Below are positions 47,405 through 61,179 of a stretch of DNA of 64,000 nt, piece after piece. A program made the position numbers and the translations under genes. How positions within the stretch are numbered: the first letter of the stretch is position 1; each line of letters starts with the position of its first letter. The stretch spans positions 372,001 through 436,000 of the forward strand of contig OZ037840.1 of NCBI GenBank assembly GCA_964035575.1, read 5' to 3'. A model generated the notes under the pieces. That model did not search any database and was not told the origin of the DNA. It saw nothing but the letters and a program-made list of their open reading frames with translations. This DNA is from Rhynchopus sp. YZ270_cl-10. Lineage: Eukaryota.

Positions 47405-50400
47405 CGGTTTTTCGCAAGAGAACGCGTTTCGATCAAAAGCGTCGGTTTTTCGCAAGAGAACGCGTTCCGATCAAAAGCGTCGGTTTTGCGCAAGAGAACG
47501 CGTTTCGATCAAAAGCGTCGGTTTTTCGCAAGAGAACGCGTTCCGATCAAAAGCGTCGGTTTTTCGCAAGAGAACGCGTTTCGATCAAAAGCGTCGGTTT
47601 TGCGCAAGAGAACGCGTTTCGATCAAAAGCGTCGGTTTTGCGCAAGAGAACGCGTTTCGATCAAAAGCGTCGGTTTTGCGCAAGAGAACGCGTTTCGATC
47701 AAAAGCGTCGGTTTTTCGCAAGAGAACGCGTTTCGATCAAAAGCGTCGGTTTTGCGCAAGGGAACGCGTTTCGATCAAAAGCGTCGGTTTTTCGCAAGAG
47801 AACGCGTTTCGATCAAAAGCGTCGGTTTTGCGCAAGGGAACGCGTTTCGATCAAAAGCGTCGGTTTTTCGCAAGAGAACGCGTTTCGATCAGAAGCGTCG
47901 GTTTTGCGCAAGGGAACGCGTTTCGGTCAAAAGCGTCGGTTTTTCGCAAGAGAACGCGTTTCGATCAAAAGCGTCGGTTTTGCGCAAGAGAACGCGTTCC
48001 GATCAAAACCGTCGGTTTTGCGCAAGAGAACGCGTTTCGATCAAAAGCGTCGGTTTTGCCCAAGAGAACGCGTTTCGATCAAAAGCGTCGGTTTTTCGCA
48101 AGAGAACGCGTTTCGATCAAAAGCGTCGGTTTTTCGCAAGAGAACGCGTTCCGATCAAAAGCGTCGGTTTTGCGCAAGAGAACGCGTTTCGATCAAAAGC
48201 GTCGGTTTTTCGCAAGAGAACGCGTTCCGATCAAAAGCGTCGGTTTTTCGCAAGAGAACGCGTTTCGATCAAAAGCGTCGGTTTTGCGCAAGAGAACGCG
48301 TTTCGATCAAAAGCGTCGGTTTTGCGCAAGAGAACGCGTTTCGATCAAAAGCGTCGGTTTTGCGCAAGAGAACGCGTTTCGATCAAAAGCGTCGGTTTTT
48401 CGCAAGAGAACGCGTTTCGATCAAAAGCGTCGGTTTTGCGCAAGGGAACGCGTTTCGATCAAAAGCGTCGGTTTTTCGCAAGAGAACGCGTTTCGATCAA
48501 AAGCGTCGGTTTTGCGCAAGGGAACGCGTTTCGATCAAAAGCGTCGGTTTTTCGCAAGAGAACGCGTTTCGATCAGAAGCGTCGGTTTTGCGCAAGGGAA
48601 CGCGTTTCGGTCAAAAGCGTCGGTTTTTCGCAAGAGAACGCGTTCCGATCAAAACCGTCGGTTTTGCGCAAGAGAACGCGTTTCGATCAAAAGCGTCGGT
48701 TTTGCGCAAGAGAAGGCGTTTCGATCAAAAGCGTCGGTTTTGCCCAAGAGAACGCGTTTCGATCAAAAGCGTCGGTTTTGCGCAAGAGAACGCGTTTCGA
48801 TTAAAAGCGTCGGTTTTGCGCAAGAGAACGCGTTCCGATCAAAAGCGTCGGTTTTTCGCAAGAGAACGCGTTCCGATCAAAAGCGTCGGTTTTTCGCAAG
48901 AGAACGCGTTCCGATCAAAAGCGTCGGTTTTTCGCAAGAGAACGCGTTTCGATCAAAAGCGTCGGTTTTTCGCAAGAGAACGCGTTTCGATCAAAAGCGT
49001 CGGTTTTTCGCAAGAGAACGCGTTTCGATCAAAAGCGTCGGTTTTGCGCAAGAGAACGCGTTTCGATCAAAAGCGTCGGTTTTTCGCAAGAGAACGCGTT
49101 TCGATCAAAAGCGTCGGTTTTGCGCAAGAGAACGCGTTCCGATCAAAAGCGTCGGTTTTTCGCAAGATAACGCGTTCCGATCAAAAGCGTCGGTTTTTCG
49201 CAAGAGAACGCGTTTCGATCAAAAGCGTCGGTTTTGCGCAAGGGAACGCGTTTCGATCAAAAGCGTCGGTTTTTCGCAAGAGAACGCGTTTCGATCAAAA
49301 GCGTCGGTTTTGCGCAAGGGAACGCGTTTCGGTCAAAAGCGTCGGTTTTTCGCAAGAGAACGCGTTTCGATCAAAAGCGTCGGTTTTTCGCAAGAGAACG
49401 CGTTCCGATCAAAAGCGTCGGTTTTGCGCAAGAGAACGCGTTTCGATCAAAAGCGTCGGTTTTTCGCAAGAGAACGCGTTCCGATCAAAAGCGTCGGTTT
49501 TTCGCAAGAGAACGCGTTTCGATCAAAAGCGTCGGTTTTTCGCAAGAGAACGCGTTCCGATCAAAAGCGTCGGTTTTGCGCAAGAGAACGCGTTTCGATC
49601 AAAAGCGTCGGTTTTGCGCAAGAGAACGCGTTTCGATCAAAAGCGTCGGTTTTGCGCAAGAGAACGCGTTTCGATCAAAAGCGTCGGTTTTTCGCAAGAG
49701 AACGCGTTTCGATCAAAAGCGTCGGTTTTTCGCAAGAGAACGCGTTCCGATCAAAAGCGTCGGTTTTGCGCAAGAGAACGCGTTTCGATCAAAAGCGTCG
49801 GTTTTGCGCAAGGGAACGCGTTTCGATCAAAAGCGTCGGTTTTTCGCAAGAGAACGCGTTTCGATCAAAAGCGTCGGTTTTGCGCAAGAGAACGCGTTTC
49901 GATCAAAAGCGTCGGTTTTGCGCAAGAGAACGCGTTTCGATCAAAAGCGTCGGTTTTTCGCAAGAGAACGCGTTTCGATCAAAAGCGTCGGTTTTGCGCA
50001 AGGGAACGCGTTTCGATCAAAAGCGTCGGTTTTTCGCAAGAGAACGCGTTTCGATCAAAAGCGTCGGTTTTGCGCAAGGGAACGCGTTTCGGTCAAAAGC
50101 GTCGGTTTTTCGCAAGAGAACGCGTTTCGATCAAAAGCGTCGGTTTTGCGCAAGAGAACGCGTTCCGATCAAAAGCGGCGGTTTTTCGCAAGAGAACGCG
50201 TTCCGATCAAAAGCGTCGGTTTTGCGCAAGAGAACGCGTTTCGATCAAAAGCGTCGGTTTTTCGCAAGAGAACGCGTTCCGATCAAAAGCGTCGGTTTTT
50301 CGCAAGAGAACGCGTTTCGATCAAAAGCGTCGGTTTTGCGCAAGAGAACGCGTTTCGATCAAAAGCGTCGGTTTTGCGCAAGAGAACGCGTTTCGATCAA

Positions 50401-50651
50401 AAGCGTCGGTTTTGCGCAAGAGAACGCGTTTCGATCAAAAGCGTCGGTTTTTCGCAAGAGAACGCGTTTCGATCAAAAGCGTCGGTTTTTCGCAAGAGAA
50501 CGCGTTTCGATCAAAAGCGTCGGTTTTGCGCAAGGGAACGCGTTTCGATCAAAAGCGTCGGTTTTTCGCAAGAGAACGCGTTTCGATCAAAAGCGTCGGT
50601 TTTGCGCAAGAGAACGCGTTTCGATCAAAAGCGTCGGTTTTTCGCAAGAGA

Positions 50652-51866
50652 ATTCTAGAAAACACTTGTGTTTTCTAGTTTTTAAAGGTTGCTGTTCCGG
50701 CCACTCCCTCAGTCTCTAACCCCCCCTTCAGTCTCCCCCTCCCCCCTGCTGGATACGACCAAAAACCGGTTTTTTTTTGAGGGTGTAGAAGCTTCGCCCA
50801 GCCGAAAAAACGTTTTCTTTGGAAAGATCGGACACTTTTTGGGGCGTGTATAGGCTCAGCGAGGCTGGGAGCCCTTAGAGACCCTGACACCAGGGTGTCA
50901 CGAGTACCCCTTTTATACACGTGTTTCTTAAGGCTTCTACAGGGTTCTACAGGCAAAACAGGCGTTTTGGCCAAAAACCCGGTTTTTCAGGCAGGTGACC
51001 GGTTTTGCGGCTTGGGAAACGTGCCAGCGAGCTGTGAGAACCGTGCATGGGCCACACACGGCACGAGTTGCAGCAGCCCACCGAAGGTGGGCTGCGTTTG
51101 GTAACCACACGATGCGGTTAACGCGTGTATCGCACATGCATAGCGTTGTGTGTATCGTATACGAAGACCGTAGTGTGTAACGCACGTGTAGACCGTTCCG
51201 TTATCACAACCACACGAGCCAGCGAAGTGTCACAGCGGCGCAGGTGTTGCGTTAACGCGATGGCGTTAAACCCGTAGCATGCTTTCGTACAGATCGCTAC
51301 GTACACATCGGTTGCGTTGCGTTGCATGCGTTGCGTTCGTTGCATACAGATCGCTACGTACGCATCGGTTGCGTTCGTTGCATACAGATCGCTACGTACA
51401 CATCGGTTGCGTTGCGTTGCATGCGTTGCGTTCGTTGCATACAGATCGCTACGTATGCATCGGTTGCGTTGCGTTGCATGCGTTGCGTTCGTTGCATACA
51501 GATCGCTACGTACACATCGGTTGCGTTGCGTTGCATGCGTTGCGTTCGTTGCATACAGATCGCTACGTATGCATCGGTTGCGTTGCGTTGCATGCGTTGC
51601 GTTCGTTGCATACAGATCGCTACGTACACATCGGTTGCGTTGCGTTGCATGCGTTGCGTTGCGTTCGTTGCGTTGCGTTCGTTACATACAGATCGTAACG
51701 TACACATCGGTTGCGCTGCGTTGTATGCGTTGCGTTGGATACGTTGCGTTCGTTGCATACAGATCGCTACGTACACATCGGTTGCGTTGCGTTGCATGCG
51801 TTGCGTTGCGTTCGTTGCGTTGCGTTCGTTACATACAGATCGTAACGTACACATCGGTTGCGTTGC
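50652..51866. other. Single-copy 1.2-kb island interrupting the satellite (unique part plus 57-bp repeat)
   Basis: Satellite stops at GCAAGAGAA|TTCTAG and resumes at TTGCGCAAGAGAAGGCG; no credible ORF. Confidence 0.8.
51287..51866. repeat. Tandem repeat, ~57-bp unit ATACAGATCGCTACGTACACATCG(GTTGC)n-like, about 10 variable copies
   Basis: Read directly; the number of GTTGC pentamers varies between copies. Confidence 0.9.
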
Positions 51867-54800
51867 GCAAGAGAAGGCGTTTCGATCAAAAGCGTCGGTT
51901 TTGCCCAAGAGAACGCGTTTCGATCAAAAGCGTCGGTTTTGCGCAAGAGAACGCGTTTCGATTAAAAGCGTCGGTTTTGCGCAAGAGAACGCGTTCCGAT
52001 CAAAAGCGTCGGTTTTTCGCAAGAGAACGCGTTCCGATCAAAAGCGTCGGTTTTTCGCAAGAGAACGCGTTCCGATCAAAAGCGTCGGTTTTTCGCAAGA
52101 GAACGCGTTTCGATCAAAAGCGTCGGTTTTTCGCAAGAGAACGCGTTCCGATCAAAAGCGTCGGTTTTTCGCAAGAGAACGCGTTTCGATCAAAAGCGTC
52201 GGTTTTTCGCAAGAGAACGCGTTTCGATCAAAAGCGTCGGTTTTGCGCAAGAGAACGCGTTCCGATCAAAAGCGTCGGTTTTTCGCAAGATAACGCGTTC
52301 CGATCAAAAGCGTCGGTTTTTCGCACGAGAACGCGTTTCGATCAAAAGCGTCGGTTTTTCGCAAGAGAACGCGTTTCGATCAAAAGCGTCGGTTTTGCGC
52401 AAGAGAACGCGTTCCGATCAAAAGCGTCGGTTTTGCGCAAGAGAACGCGTTTCGATCAAAAGCGTCGGTTTTGCGCAAGGGAACGCGTTTCGATCAAAAG
52501 CGTCGGTTTTTCGCAAGAGAACGCGTTTCGATCAAAAGCGTCGGTTTTGCGCAAGAGAACGCGTTTCGATCAAAAGCCTCGGTTTTGCGCAAGAGAACGC
52601 GTTCCGATCAAAAGCGTCGGTTTTTCGCAAGAGAACGCGTTCCGATCAAAAGCGTCGGTTTTTCGCAAGAGAACGCGTTCCGATCAAAAGCGTCGGTTTT
52701 TCGCAAGAGAACGCGTTTCGATCAAAAGCGTCGGTTTTTCGCAAGAAAACGCGTTCCGATCAAAAGCGTCGGTTTTTCGCAAGAAAACGCGTTCCAATCA
52801 TAAGCGTCGGTTTTTCGCAAGAGAACGCGTTTCGATCAAAAGCGTCGGTTTTTCGCAAGAGAACGCGTTTCGATCAAAAGCGTCGGTTTTGCGCAAGAGA
52901 ACGCGTTTCGATCAAAAGCGTCGGTTTTTCGCAAGAGAACGCGTTTCGATCAAAAGCGTCGGTTTTGCGCAAGAGAACGCGTTTCGATCAAAAGCGTCGG
53001 TTTTGCGCAAGATAACGCGTTCCGATCAAAAGCGTCGGTTTTTCGCAAGAGAACGCGTTCCGATCAAAAGCGTCGGTTTTTCGCAAGAGAACGCGTTTCG
53101 ATCAAAAGCGTCGGTTTTTCGCAAGAGAACGCGTTCCGATCAAAAGCGTCGGTTTTGCGCAAGAGAACGCGTTTCGATCAAAAGCGTCGGTTTTGCGCAA
53201 GGGAACGCGTTTCGATCAAAAGCGTCGGTTTTTCGCAAGAGAACGCGTTTCGATCAAAAGCGTCGGTTTTGCGCAAGAGAACGCGTTTCGATCAAAAGCG
53301 TCGGTTTTTCGCAAGAGAACGCGTTTCGATCAAAAGCGTCGGTTTTGCGCAAGGGAACGCGTTTCGATCAAAAGCGTCGGTTTTGCGCAAGAGAACGCGT
53401 TTCGATCAAAAGCGTCGGTTTTTCGCAAGAGAACGCGTTTCGATCAAAAGCGTCGGTTTTGCGCAAGAGAACGCGTTCCGATCAAAACCGTCGGTTTTGC
53501 GCAAGAGAACGCGTTTCGATCAAAAGCGTCGGTTTTGCCCAAGAGAACGCGTTTCGATCAAAAGCGTCGGTTTTTCGCAAGAGAATGCGTTTCGATCAAA
53601 AGCGTCGGTTTTGCGCAAGAGAACGCGTTTCGATCAAAAGCGTCGGTTTTGCCCAAGAGAACGCGTTTCGATCAAAAGCGTCGGTTTTGCGCAAGAGAAC
53701 GCGTTTCGATCAAAAGCGTCGGTTTTGCGCAAGAGAACGCGTTTCGATCAAAAGCGTCGGTTTTTCGCAAGAGAATGCGTTTCGATCAAAAGCGTCGGTT
53801 TTGCGCAAGAGAACGCGTTTCGATCAAAAGCGTCGGTTTTGCGCAAGAGAATGCGTTTCGATCAAAAGCGTCGGTTTTGCCCAAGAGAACGCGTTTCGAT
53901 CAAAAGCGTCGGTTTTGCGCAAGAGAACGCGTTTCGATCAAAAGCGTCGGTTTTGCGCAAGGGAACGCGTTTCGATCAAAAGCGTCGGTTTTGCGCAAGA
54001 GAACGCGTTTCGATCAAAAGCGTCGGTTTTTCGCAAGAGAATGCGTTTCGATCAAAAGCGTCGGTTTTTCGCAAGAGAACGCGTTTCGATCAAAAGCGTC
54101 GGTTTTTCGCAAGAGAACGCGTTTCGATCAAAAGCGTCGGTTTTGCGCAAGAGAACGCGTTCCGATCAAAAGCGTCGGTTTTGCGCAAGAGAACGCGTTT
54201 CGATCAAAAGCGTCGGTTTTGCGCAAGAGAACGCGTTTCGATCAAAAGCGTCGGTTTTTCGCAAGAGAACGCGTTCCGATCAAAAGCGTCGGTTTTGCGC
54301 AAGAGAACGCGTTTCGATCAAAAGCGTCGGTTTTGCCCAAGAGAACGCGTTTCGATCAAAAGCGTCGGTTTTTCGCAAGAGAACGCGTTCCGATCAAAAG
54401 CGTCGGTTTTTCGCAAGAGAACGCGTTTCGATCAAAAGCGTCGGTTTTTCGCAAGAGAACGCGTTTCGATCAAAAGCGTCGGTTTTGCGCAAGAGAACGC
54501 GTTTCGATCAAAAGCGTCGGTTTTGCGCAAGAGAACGCGTTCCGATCAAAAGCGTCGGTTTTTCGCAAGAGAACGCGTTCCGATCAAAAGCGTCGGTTTT
54601 TCGCAAGAGAACGCGTTTCGATCAAAAGCGTCGGTTTTTCGCAAGAGAACGCGTTCCGATCAAAAGCGTCGGTTTTGCGCAAGAGAACGCGTTCCGATCA
54701 AAAGCGTCGGTTTTGCGCAAGAGAACGCGTTTCGATCAAAAGCGTCGGTTTTGCGCAAGGGAACGCGTTTCGATCAAAAGCGTCGGTTTTTCGCAAGAGA

Positions 54801-57800
54801 ACGCGTTCCGATCAAAAGCGTCCGTTTTGCGCAAGAGAACGCGTTTCGATCAAAAGCCTCGGTTTTGCGCAAGAGAACGCGTTCCGATCAAAAGCGTCGG
54901 TTTTTCGCAAGAGAACGCGTTCCGATCAAAAGCGTCGGTTTTTCGCAAGAGAACGCGTTCCGATCAAAAGCGTCGGTTTTTCGCAAGAGAACGCGTTTCG
55001 ATCAAAAGCGTCGGTTTTTCGCAAGAGAACGCGTTCCGATCAAAAGCGTCGGTTTTTCGCAAGAAAACGCGTTCCGATCAAAAGCGTCGGTTTTTCGCAA
55101 GAAAACGCGTTCCAATCATAAGCGTCGGTTTTTCGCAAGAGAACGCGTTTCGATCAAAAGCGTCGGTTTTTCGCAAGAGAACGCGTTTCGATCAAAAGCG
55201 TCGGTTTTTCGCAAGAGAACGCGTTTCGATCAAAAGCGTCGGTTTTGCGCAAGAGAACGCGTTTCGATCAAAAGCGTCGGTTTTTCGCAAGAGAACGCGT
55301 TTCGATCAAAAGCGTCGGTTTTGCGCAAGAGAACGCGTTTCGATCAAAAGCGTCGGTTTTGCGCAAGATAACGCGTTCCGATCAAAAGCGTCGGTTTTTC
55401 GCAAGAGAACGCGTTCCGATCAAAAGCGTCGGTTTTTCGCAAGAGAACGCGTTTCGATCAAAAGCGTCGGTTTTTCGCAAGAGAACGCGTTCCGATCAAA
55501 AGCGTCGGTTTTGCGCAAGAGAACGCGTTTCGATCAAAAGCGTCGGTTTTGCGCAAGGGAACGCGTTTCGATCAAAAGCGTCGGTTTTTCGCAAGAGAAC
55601 GCGTTTCGATCAAAAGCGTCGGTTTTGCGCAAGAGAACGCGTTTCGATCAAAAGCGTCGGTTTTTCGCAAGAGAACGCGTTTCGATCAAAAGCGTCGGTT
55701 TTGCGCAAGGGAACGCGTTTCGATCAAAAGCGTCGGTTTTTCGCAAGAGAACGCGTTTCGATCAAAAGCGTCGGTTTTGCGCAAGGGAACGCGTTTCGGT
55801 CAAAAGCGTCGGTTTTTCGCAAGAGAACGCGTTTCGATCAAAAGCGTCGGTTTTGCGCAAGAGAACGCGTTCCGATCAAAACCGTCGGTTTTGCGCAAGA
55901 GAACGCGTTTCGATCAAAAGCGTCGGTTTTGCCCAAGAGAACGCGTTTCGATCAAAAGCGTCGGTTTTTCGCAAGAGAATGCGTTTCGATCAAAAGCGTC
56001 GGTTTTGCGCAAGAGAACGCGTTTCGATCAAAAGCGTCGGTTTTGCCCAAGAGAACGCGTTTCGATCAAAAGCGTCGGTTTTGCGCAAGAGAACGCGTTT
56101 CGATCAAAAGCGTCGGTTTTGCGCAAGAGAACGCGTTTCGATCAAAAGCGTCGGTTTTTCGCAAGAGAATGCGTTTCGATCAAAAGCGTCGGTTTTGCGC
56201 AAGAGAACGCGTTTCGATCAAAAGCGTCGGTTTTGCGCAAGAGAATGCGTTTCGATCAAAAGCGTCGGTTTTGCCCAAGAGAACGCGTTTCGATCAAAAG
56301 CGTCGGTTTTGCGCAAGAGAACGCGTTTCGATCAAAAGCGTCGGTTTTGCGCAAGGGAACGCGTTTCGATCAAAAGCGTCGGTTTTGCGCAAGAGAACGC
56401 GTTTCGATCAAAAGCGTCGGTTTTTCGCAAGAGAATGCGTTTCGATCAAAAGCGTCGGTTTTTCGCAAGAGAACGCGTTTCGATCAAAAGCGTCGGTTTT
56501 TCGCAAGAGAACGCGTTTCGATCAAAAGCGTCGGTTTTGCGCAAGAGAACGCGTTCCGATCAAAAGCGTCGGTTTTGCGCAAGAGAACGCGTTTCGATCA
56601 AAAGCGTCGGTTTTGCGCAAGAGAACGCGTTTCGATCAAAAGCGTCGGTTTTTCGCAAGAGAACGCGTTCCGATCAAAAGCGTCGGTTTTGCGCAAGAGA
56701 ACGCGTTTCGATCAAAAGCGTCGGTTTTGCCCAAGAGAACGCGTTTCGATCAAAAGCGTCGGTTTTTCGCAAGAGAACGCGTTCCGATCAAAAGCGTCGG
56801 TTTTTCGCAAGAGAACGCGTTTCGATCAAAAGCGTCGGTTTTTCGCAAGAGAACGCGTTTCGATCAAAAGCGTCGGTTTTGCGCAAGAGAACGCGTTTCG
56901 ATCAAAAGCGTCGGTTTTGCGCAAGAGAACGCGTTCCGATCAAAAGCGTCGGTTTTTCGCAAGAGAACGCGTTCCGATCAAAAGCGTCGGTTTTTCGCAA
57001 GAGAACGCGTTTCGATCAAAAGCGTCGGTTTTTCGCAAGAGAACGCGTTCCGATCAAAAGCGTCGGTTTTGCGCAAGAGAACGCGTTCCGATCAAAAGCG
57101 TCGGTTTTGCGCAAGAGAACGCGTTTCGATCAAAAGCGTCGGTTTTGCGCAAGGGAACGCGTTTCGATCAAAAGCGTCGGTTTTTCGCAAGAGAACGCGT
57201 TCCGATCAAAAGCGTCCGTTTTGCGCAAGAGAACGCGTTTCGATCAAAAGCCTCGGTTTTGCGCAAGAGAACGCGTTCCGATCAAAAGCGTCGGTTTTTC
57301 GCAAGAGAACGCGTTCCGATCAAAAGCGTCGGTTTTTCGCAAGAGAACGCGTTCCGATCAAAAGCGTCGGTTTTTCGCAAGAGAACGCGTTTCGATCAAA
57401 AGCGTCGGTTTTTCGCAAGAGAACGCGTTCCGATCAAAAGCGTCGGTTTTTCGCAAGAAAACGCGTTCCGATCAAAAGCGTCGGTTTTTCGCAAGAAAAC
57501 GCGTTCCAATCATAAGCGTCGGTTTTTCGCAAGAGAACGCGTTTCGATCAAAAGCGTCGGTTTTTCGCAAGAGAACGCGTTTCGATCAAAAGCGTCGGTT
57601 TTTCGCAAGAGAACGCGTTTCGATCAAAAGCGTCGGTTTTGCGCAAGAGAACGCGTTTCGATCAAAAGCGTCGGTTTTGCGCAAGAGAACGCGTTCCGAT
57701 CAAAAGCGTCGGTTTTTCGCAAGAGAACGCGTTCCGATCAAAAGCGTCGGTTTTTCGCAAGAGAACGCGTTTCGATCAAAAGCGTCGGTTTTTCGCAAGA

Positions 57801-59951
57801 GAACGCGTTTCGATCAAAAGCGTCGGTTTTTCGCAAGAGAACGCGTTCCGATCAAAAGCGTCGGTTTTGCGCAAGAGAACGCGTTCCGATCAAAAGCGTC
57901 GGTTTTGCGCAAGAGAACGCGTTTCGATCAAAAGCGTCGGTTTTGCGCAAGAGAACGCGTTCCGATCAAAAGCGTCGGATTTTCGCAAGAGAACGCGTTC
58001 CGATCAAAAGCGTCGGTTTTTCGCAAGAGAACGCGTTCCGATCAAAAGCGTCGGTTTTTCGCAAGAGAACGCGTTTCGATCAAAAGCGTCGGTTTTTCGC
58101 AAGAGAACGCGTTCCGATCAAAAGCGTCGGTTTTTCGCAAGAAAACGCGTTCCGATCAAAAGCGTCGGTTTTTCGCAAGAAAACGCGTTCCAATCATAAG
58201 CGTCGGTTTTTCGCAAGAGAACGCGTTTCGATCAAAAGCGTCGGTTTTTCGCAAGAGAACGCGTTTCGATCAAAAGCGTCGGTTTTGCGCAAGAGAACGC
58301 GTTTCGATCAAAAGCGTCGGTTTTTCGCAAGATAACGCGTTCCGATCAAAAGCGTCGGTTTTTCGCAAGAGAACGCGTTTCGATCAAAAGCGTCGGTTTT
58401 GCGCAAGAGAACGCGTTTCGATCAAAAGCGTCGGTTTTGCGCAAGAGAACGCGTTCCGATCAAAAGCGTCGGTTTTTCGCAAGAGAACGCGTTTCGATCA
58501 AAAGCGTCGGTTTTTCGCAAGAGAACGCGTTCCGATCAAAAGCGTCGCTTTTTCGCAAGAGAACGCGTTCCGATCAAAAGCGTCGGTTTTTCGCAAGAGA
58601 ACGCGTTTCAATCAAAAGCGTCGGTTTTGCGCAAGGGAACGCGTTTCGATCAAAAGCGTCGGTTTTGCGCAAGAGAACGCGTTTCAATCAAAAGCGTCGG
58701 TTTTTCGCAAGAGAACGCGTTCCGATCAAAAGCGTCGGTTTTTCGCAAGAGAACGCGTTTCGATCAAAAGCGTCGGTTTTTCGCAAGAGAACGCGTTCCG
58801 ATCAAAAGCGTCGGTTTTGCGCAAGAGAACGCGTTTCGATCAAAAGCGTCGGTTTTTCGCAAGAGAACGCGTTCCGATCAAAAGCGTCGGTTTTTCGCAA
58901 GAGAACGCGTTCCGATCAAAAGCGTCGGTTTTTCGCAAGAGAACGCGTTTCGATCAAAAGCGTCGGTTTTTCGCAAGAGAACGCGTTTCGATCAAAAGCG
59001 TCGGTTTTGCGCAAGAGAACGCGTTTCGATCAAAAGCGTCGGTTTTGCGCAAGAGAACGCGTTCCGATCAAAAGCGTCGGTTTTTCGCAAGAGAACGCGT
59101 TCCGATCAAAAGCGTCGGTTTTGCGCAAGAGAACGCGTTTCGATCAAAAGCGTCGGTTTTGCGCAAGGGAACGCGTTTCGATCAAAAGCGTCGGTTTTGC
59201 GCAAGAGAACGCGTTCCGATCAAAAGCGTCGGTTTTTCGCAAGAGAACGCGTTTCGATCAAAAGCGTCGGTTTTTCGCAAGAGAACGCGTTCCGATCAAA
59301 AGCGTCGGTTTTGCGCAAGAGAACGCGTTTCGATCAAAAGCGTCGGTTTTGCGCAAGGGAACGCGTTTCGATCAAAAGCGTCGGTTTTTCGCAAGAGAAC
59401 GCGTTTCGATCAAAAGCGTCGGTTTTGCGCAAGAGAACGCGTTTCGATCAAAAGCCTCGGTTTTGCGCAAGAGAACGCGTTCCGATCAAAAGCGTCGGTT
59501 TTTCGCAAGAGAACGCGTTCCGATCAAAAGCGTCGGTTTTTCGCAAGAGAACGCGTTTCGATCAAAAGCGTCGGTTTTTCGCAAGAGAACGCGTTCCGAT
59601 CAAAAGCGTCGGTTTTTCGCAAGAAAACGCGTTCCAATCATAAGCGTCGGTTTTTCGCAAGAGAACGCGTTTCGATCAAAAGCGTCGGTTTTTCGCAAGA
59701 GAACGCGTTTCGATCAAAAGCGTCGGTTTTGCGCAAGAGAACGCGTTTCGATCAAAAGCGTCGGTTTTTCGCAAGATAACGCGTTCCGATCAAAAGCGTC
59801 GGTTTTTCGCAAGAGAACGCGTTTCGATCAAAAGCGTCGGTTTTGCGCAAGAGAACGCGTTTCGATCAAAAGCGTCGGTTTTGCGCAAGAGAACGCGTTC
59901 CGATCAAAAGCGTCGGTTTTTCGCAAGAGAACGCGTTCCGATCAAAAGCGT

Positions 59952-60869
59952 TTGTTTCCCTAGGGAGGGTCAAAAAGACCCTCCCGCCAGCTACTTTACA
60001 CGCCCGCCGGGAGGGTCAAACCCACCCGGCGGGAGGGTAAACCTGGCGGGAGGGTCCGGACCCTCCCGCCAGCTTTTGGACCCTCCCTCCAGGTCTGTGG
60101 ACCCTCCCGCCAGGTCTGTGGACCCTCCCACCAGGTCTGGGGACCCTCCCGCCAGGTCTGTGGACCAGTGCTACCAACGCGACAAGTCGCGCGCGACTCG
60201 CGACAAACCACCCGCGACAGCGCGACAAAATGAGTTGTCGCAAAAATCGAAAATTTTTTTTTTCCATTTTGAGACACTTTTTTTTTTTTTTTTGTTAGGA
60301 AAAATCGCGTTTTTTCCGGGTACTTAGCAAAATTTTGGTCAAAAAATGATGGCTTTTGCTTACGTCGCTACTGTACCGTCTGCGATGGTTTTTTCTGGAT
60401 TTTTTTTTTTGGATTTTTTTTTCCAAAATCGCCCACACCCAAAAAAAAAATTTTTTTTTTTTTTTGGTGAAAATTTTTGTGATGTCGAAAAAAAAATTTT
60501 TTTTTGGGCGCGACAGCGCGACAAGTGGCACTTTGTCGCGCGACTAGAATCTCTTGTCGCGTTGGTAGCACTGTGTGGACCCTCCCGCCAGGTCTGGGGA
60601 CCCTCCCGCCAGGTCTGGGGACCCTCCCGCCAGCTTTTTGGACCCTCCCGCCAGGTCTGGGGACCCTCCCGCCAGGTCTGTGGACCCTCCCGCCAGCTTT
60701 TTGGACCCTCCCGCCAGGTCTGGGGACCCTCCCGCCAGGTCTGGGGACCCTCCCGCCAGGTCTGGGGACCCTCCCGCCAGCTTTTTGGACCCTCCCGCCA
60801 GGTTTTTTGGGTTTTTCTCACTCTACGTAGCGTCGGTGAGGGTTTTTTTGACCCTCCCGCGTGAAACAA
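59952..60869. mobile_element. Copy 2 of the 21-bp-minisatellite TIR element, interrupted by a MITE
   Basis: Same ends and AGCGT duplication; offset 13360 at the left end and 13775 at the right end. Confidence 0.8.
60166..60573. mobile_element. Young MITE (408 bp), 21-bp perfect TIRs, 7-bp TSD
   Basis: CAGTGCTACCAACGCGACAAG / CTTGTCGCGTTGGTAGCACTG; TGTGGAC at 60159-60165 and 60574-60580; 408+7 = 415 bp equals the offset change relative to the empty copy; subterminal CGCGAC motifs, AT-rich interior. Confidence 0.95.
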
Positions 60870-60875
60870 AGCGTC

Positions 60876-61179
60876 CTACAACCCCCCTAGCCACCCCTTA
60901 GGCTCTCCGTTGTGAGGGTCCTTTTCGAAACCGCTCCCGCCGGGTTTTTTGCTCTCGGGAGCCCTGTTGGACCCTCGGGGACCCGTGTGGGCCCTCGGGA
61001 GGCCGTGTGGCGCTCGGGCTTCGCCCTCGTTCCCCCACACGGCCTCCCTCGGGCCCACACGGGTCCCCTCGTGGTCCAACAGGGCTCCCTCGAGCAAAAA
61101 ACCCGGCGGGAGGGTTTCGAAAATATGACCCTCCCGCCGGGAGCCTTCGGGTACCTGGCGGGAGGGTTGTAAATACTCA
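60876..61179. mobile_element. Fold-back hairpin element, copy 2
   Basis: Appears identical to 47101-47404, with the same junctions. Confidence 0.7.
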
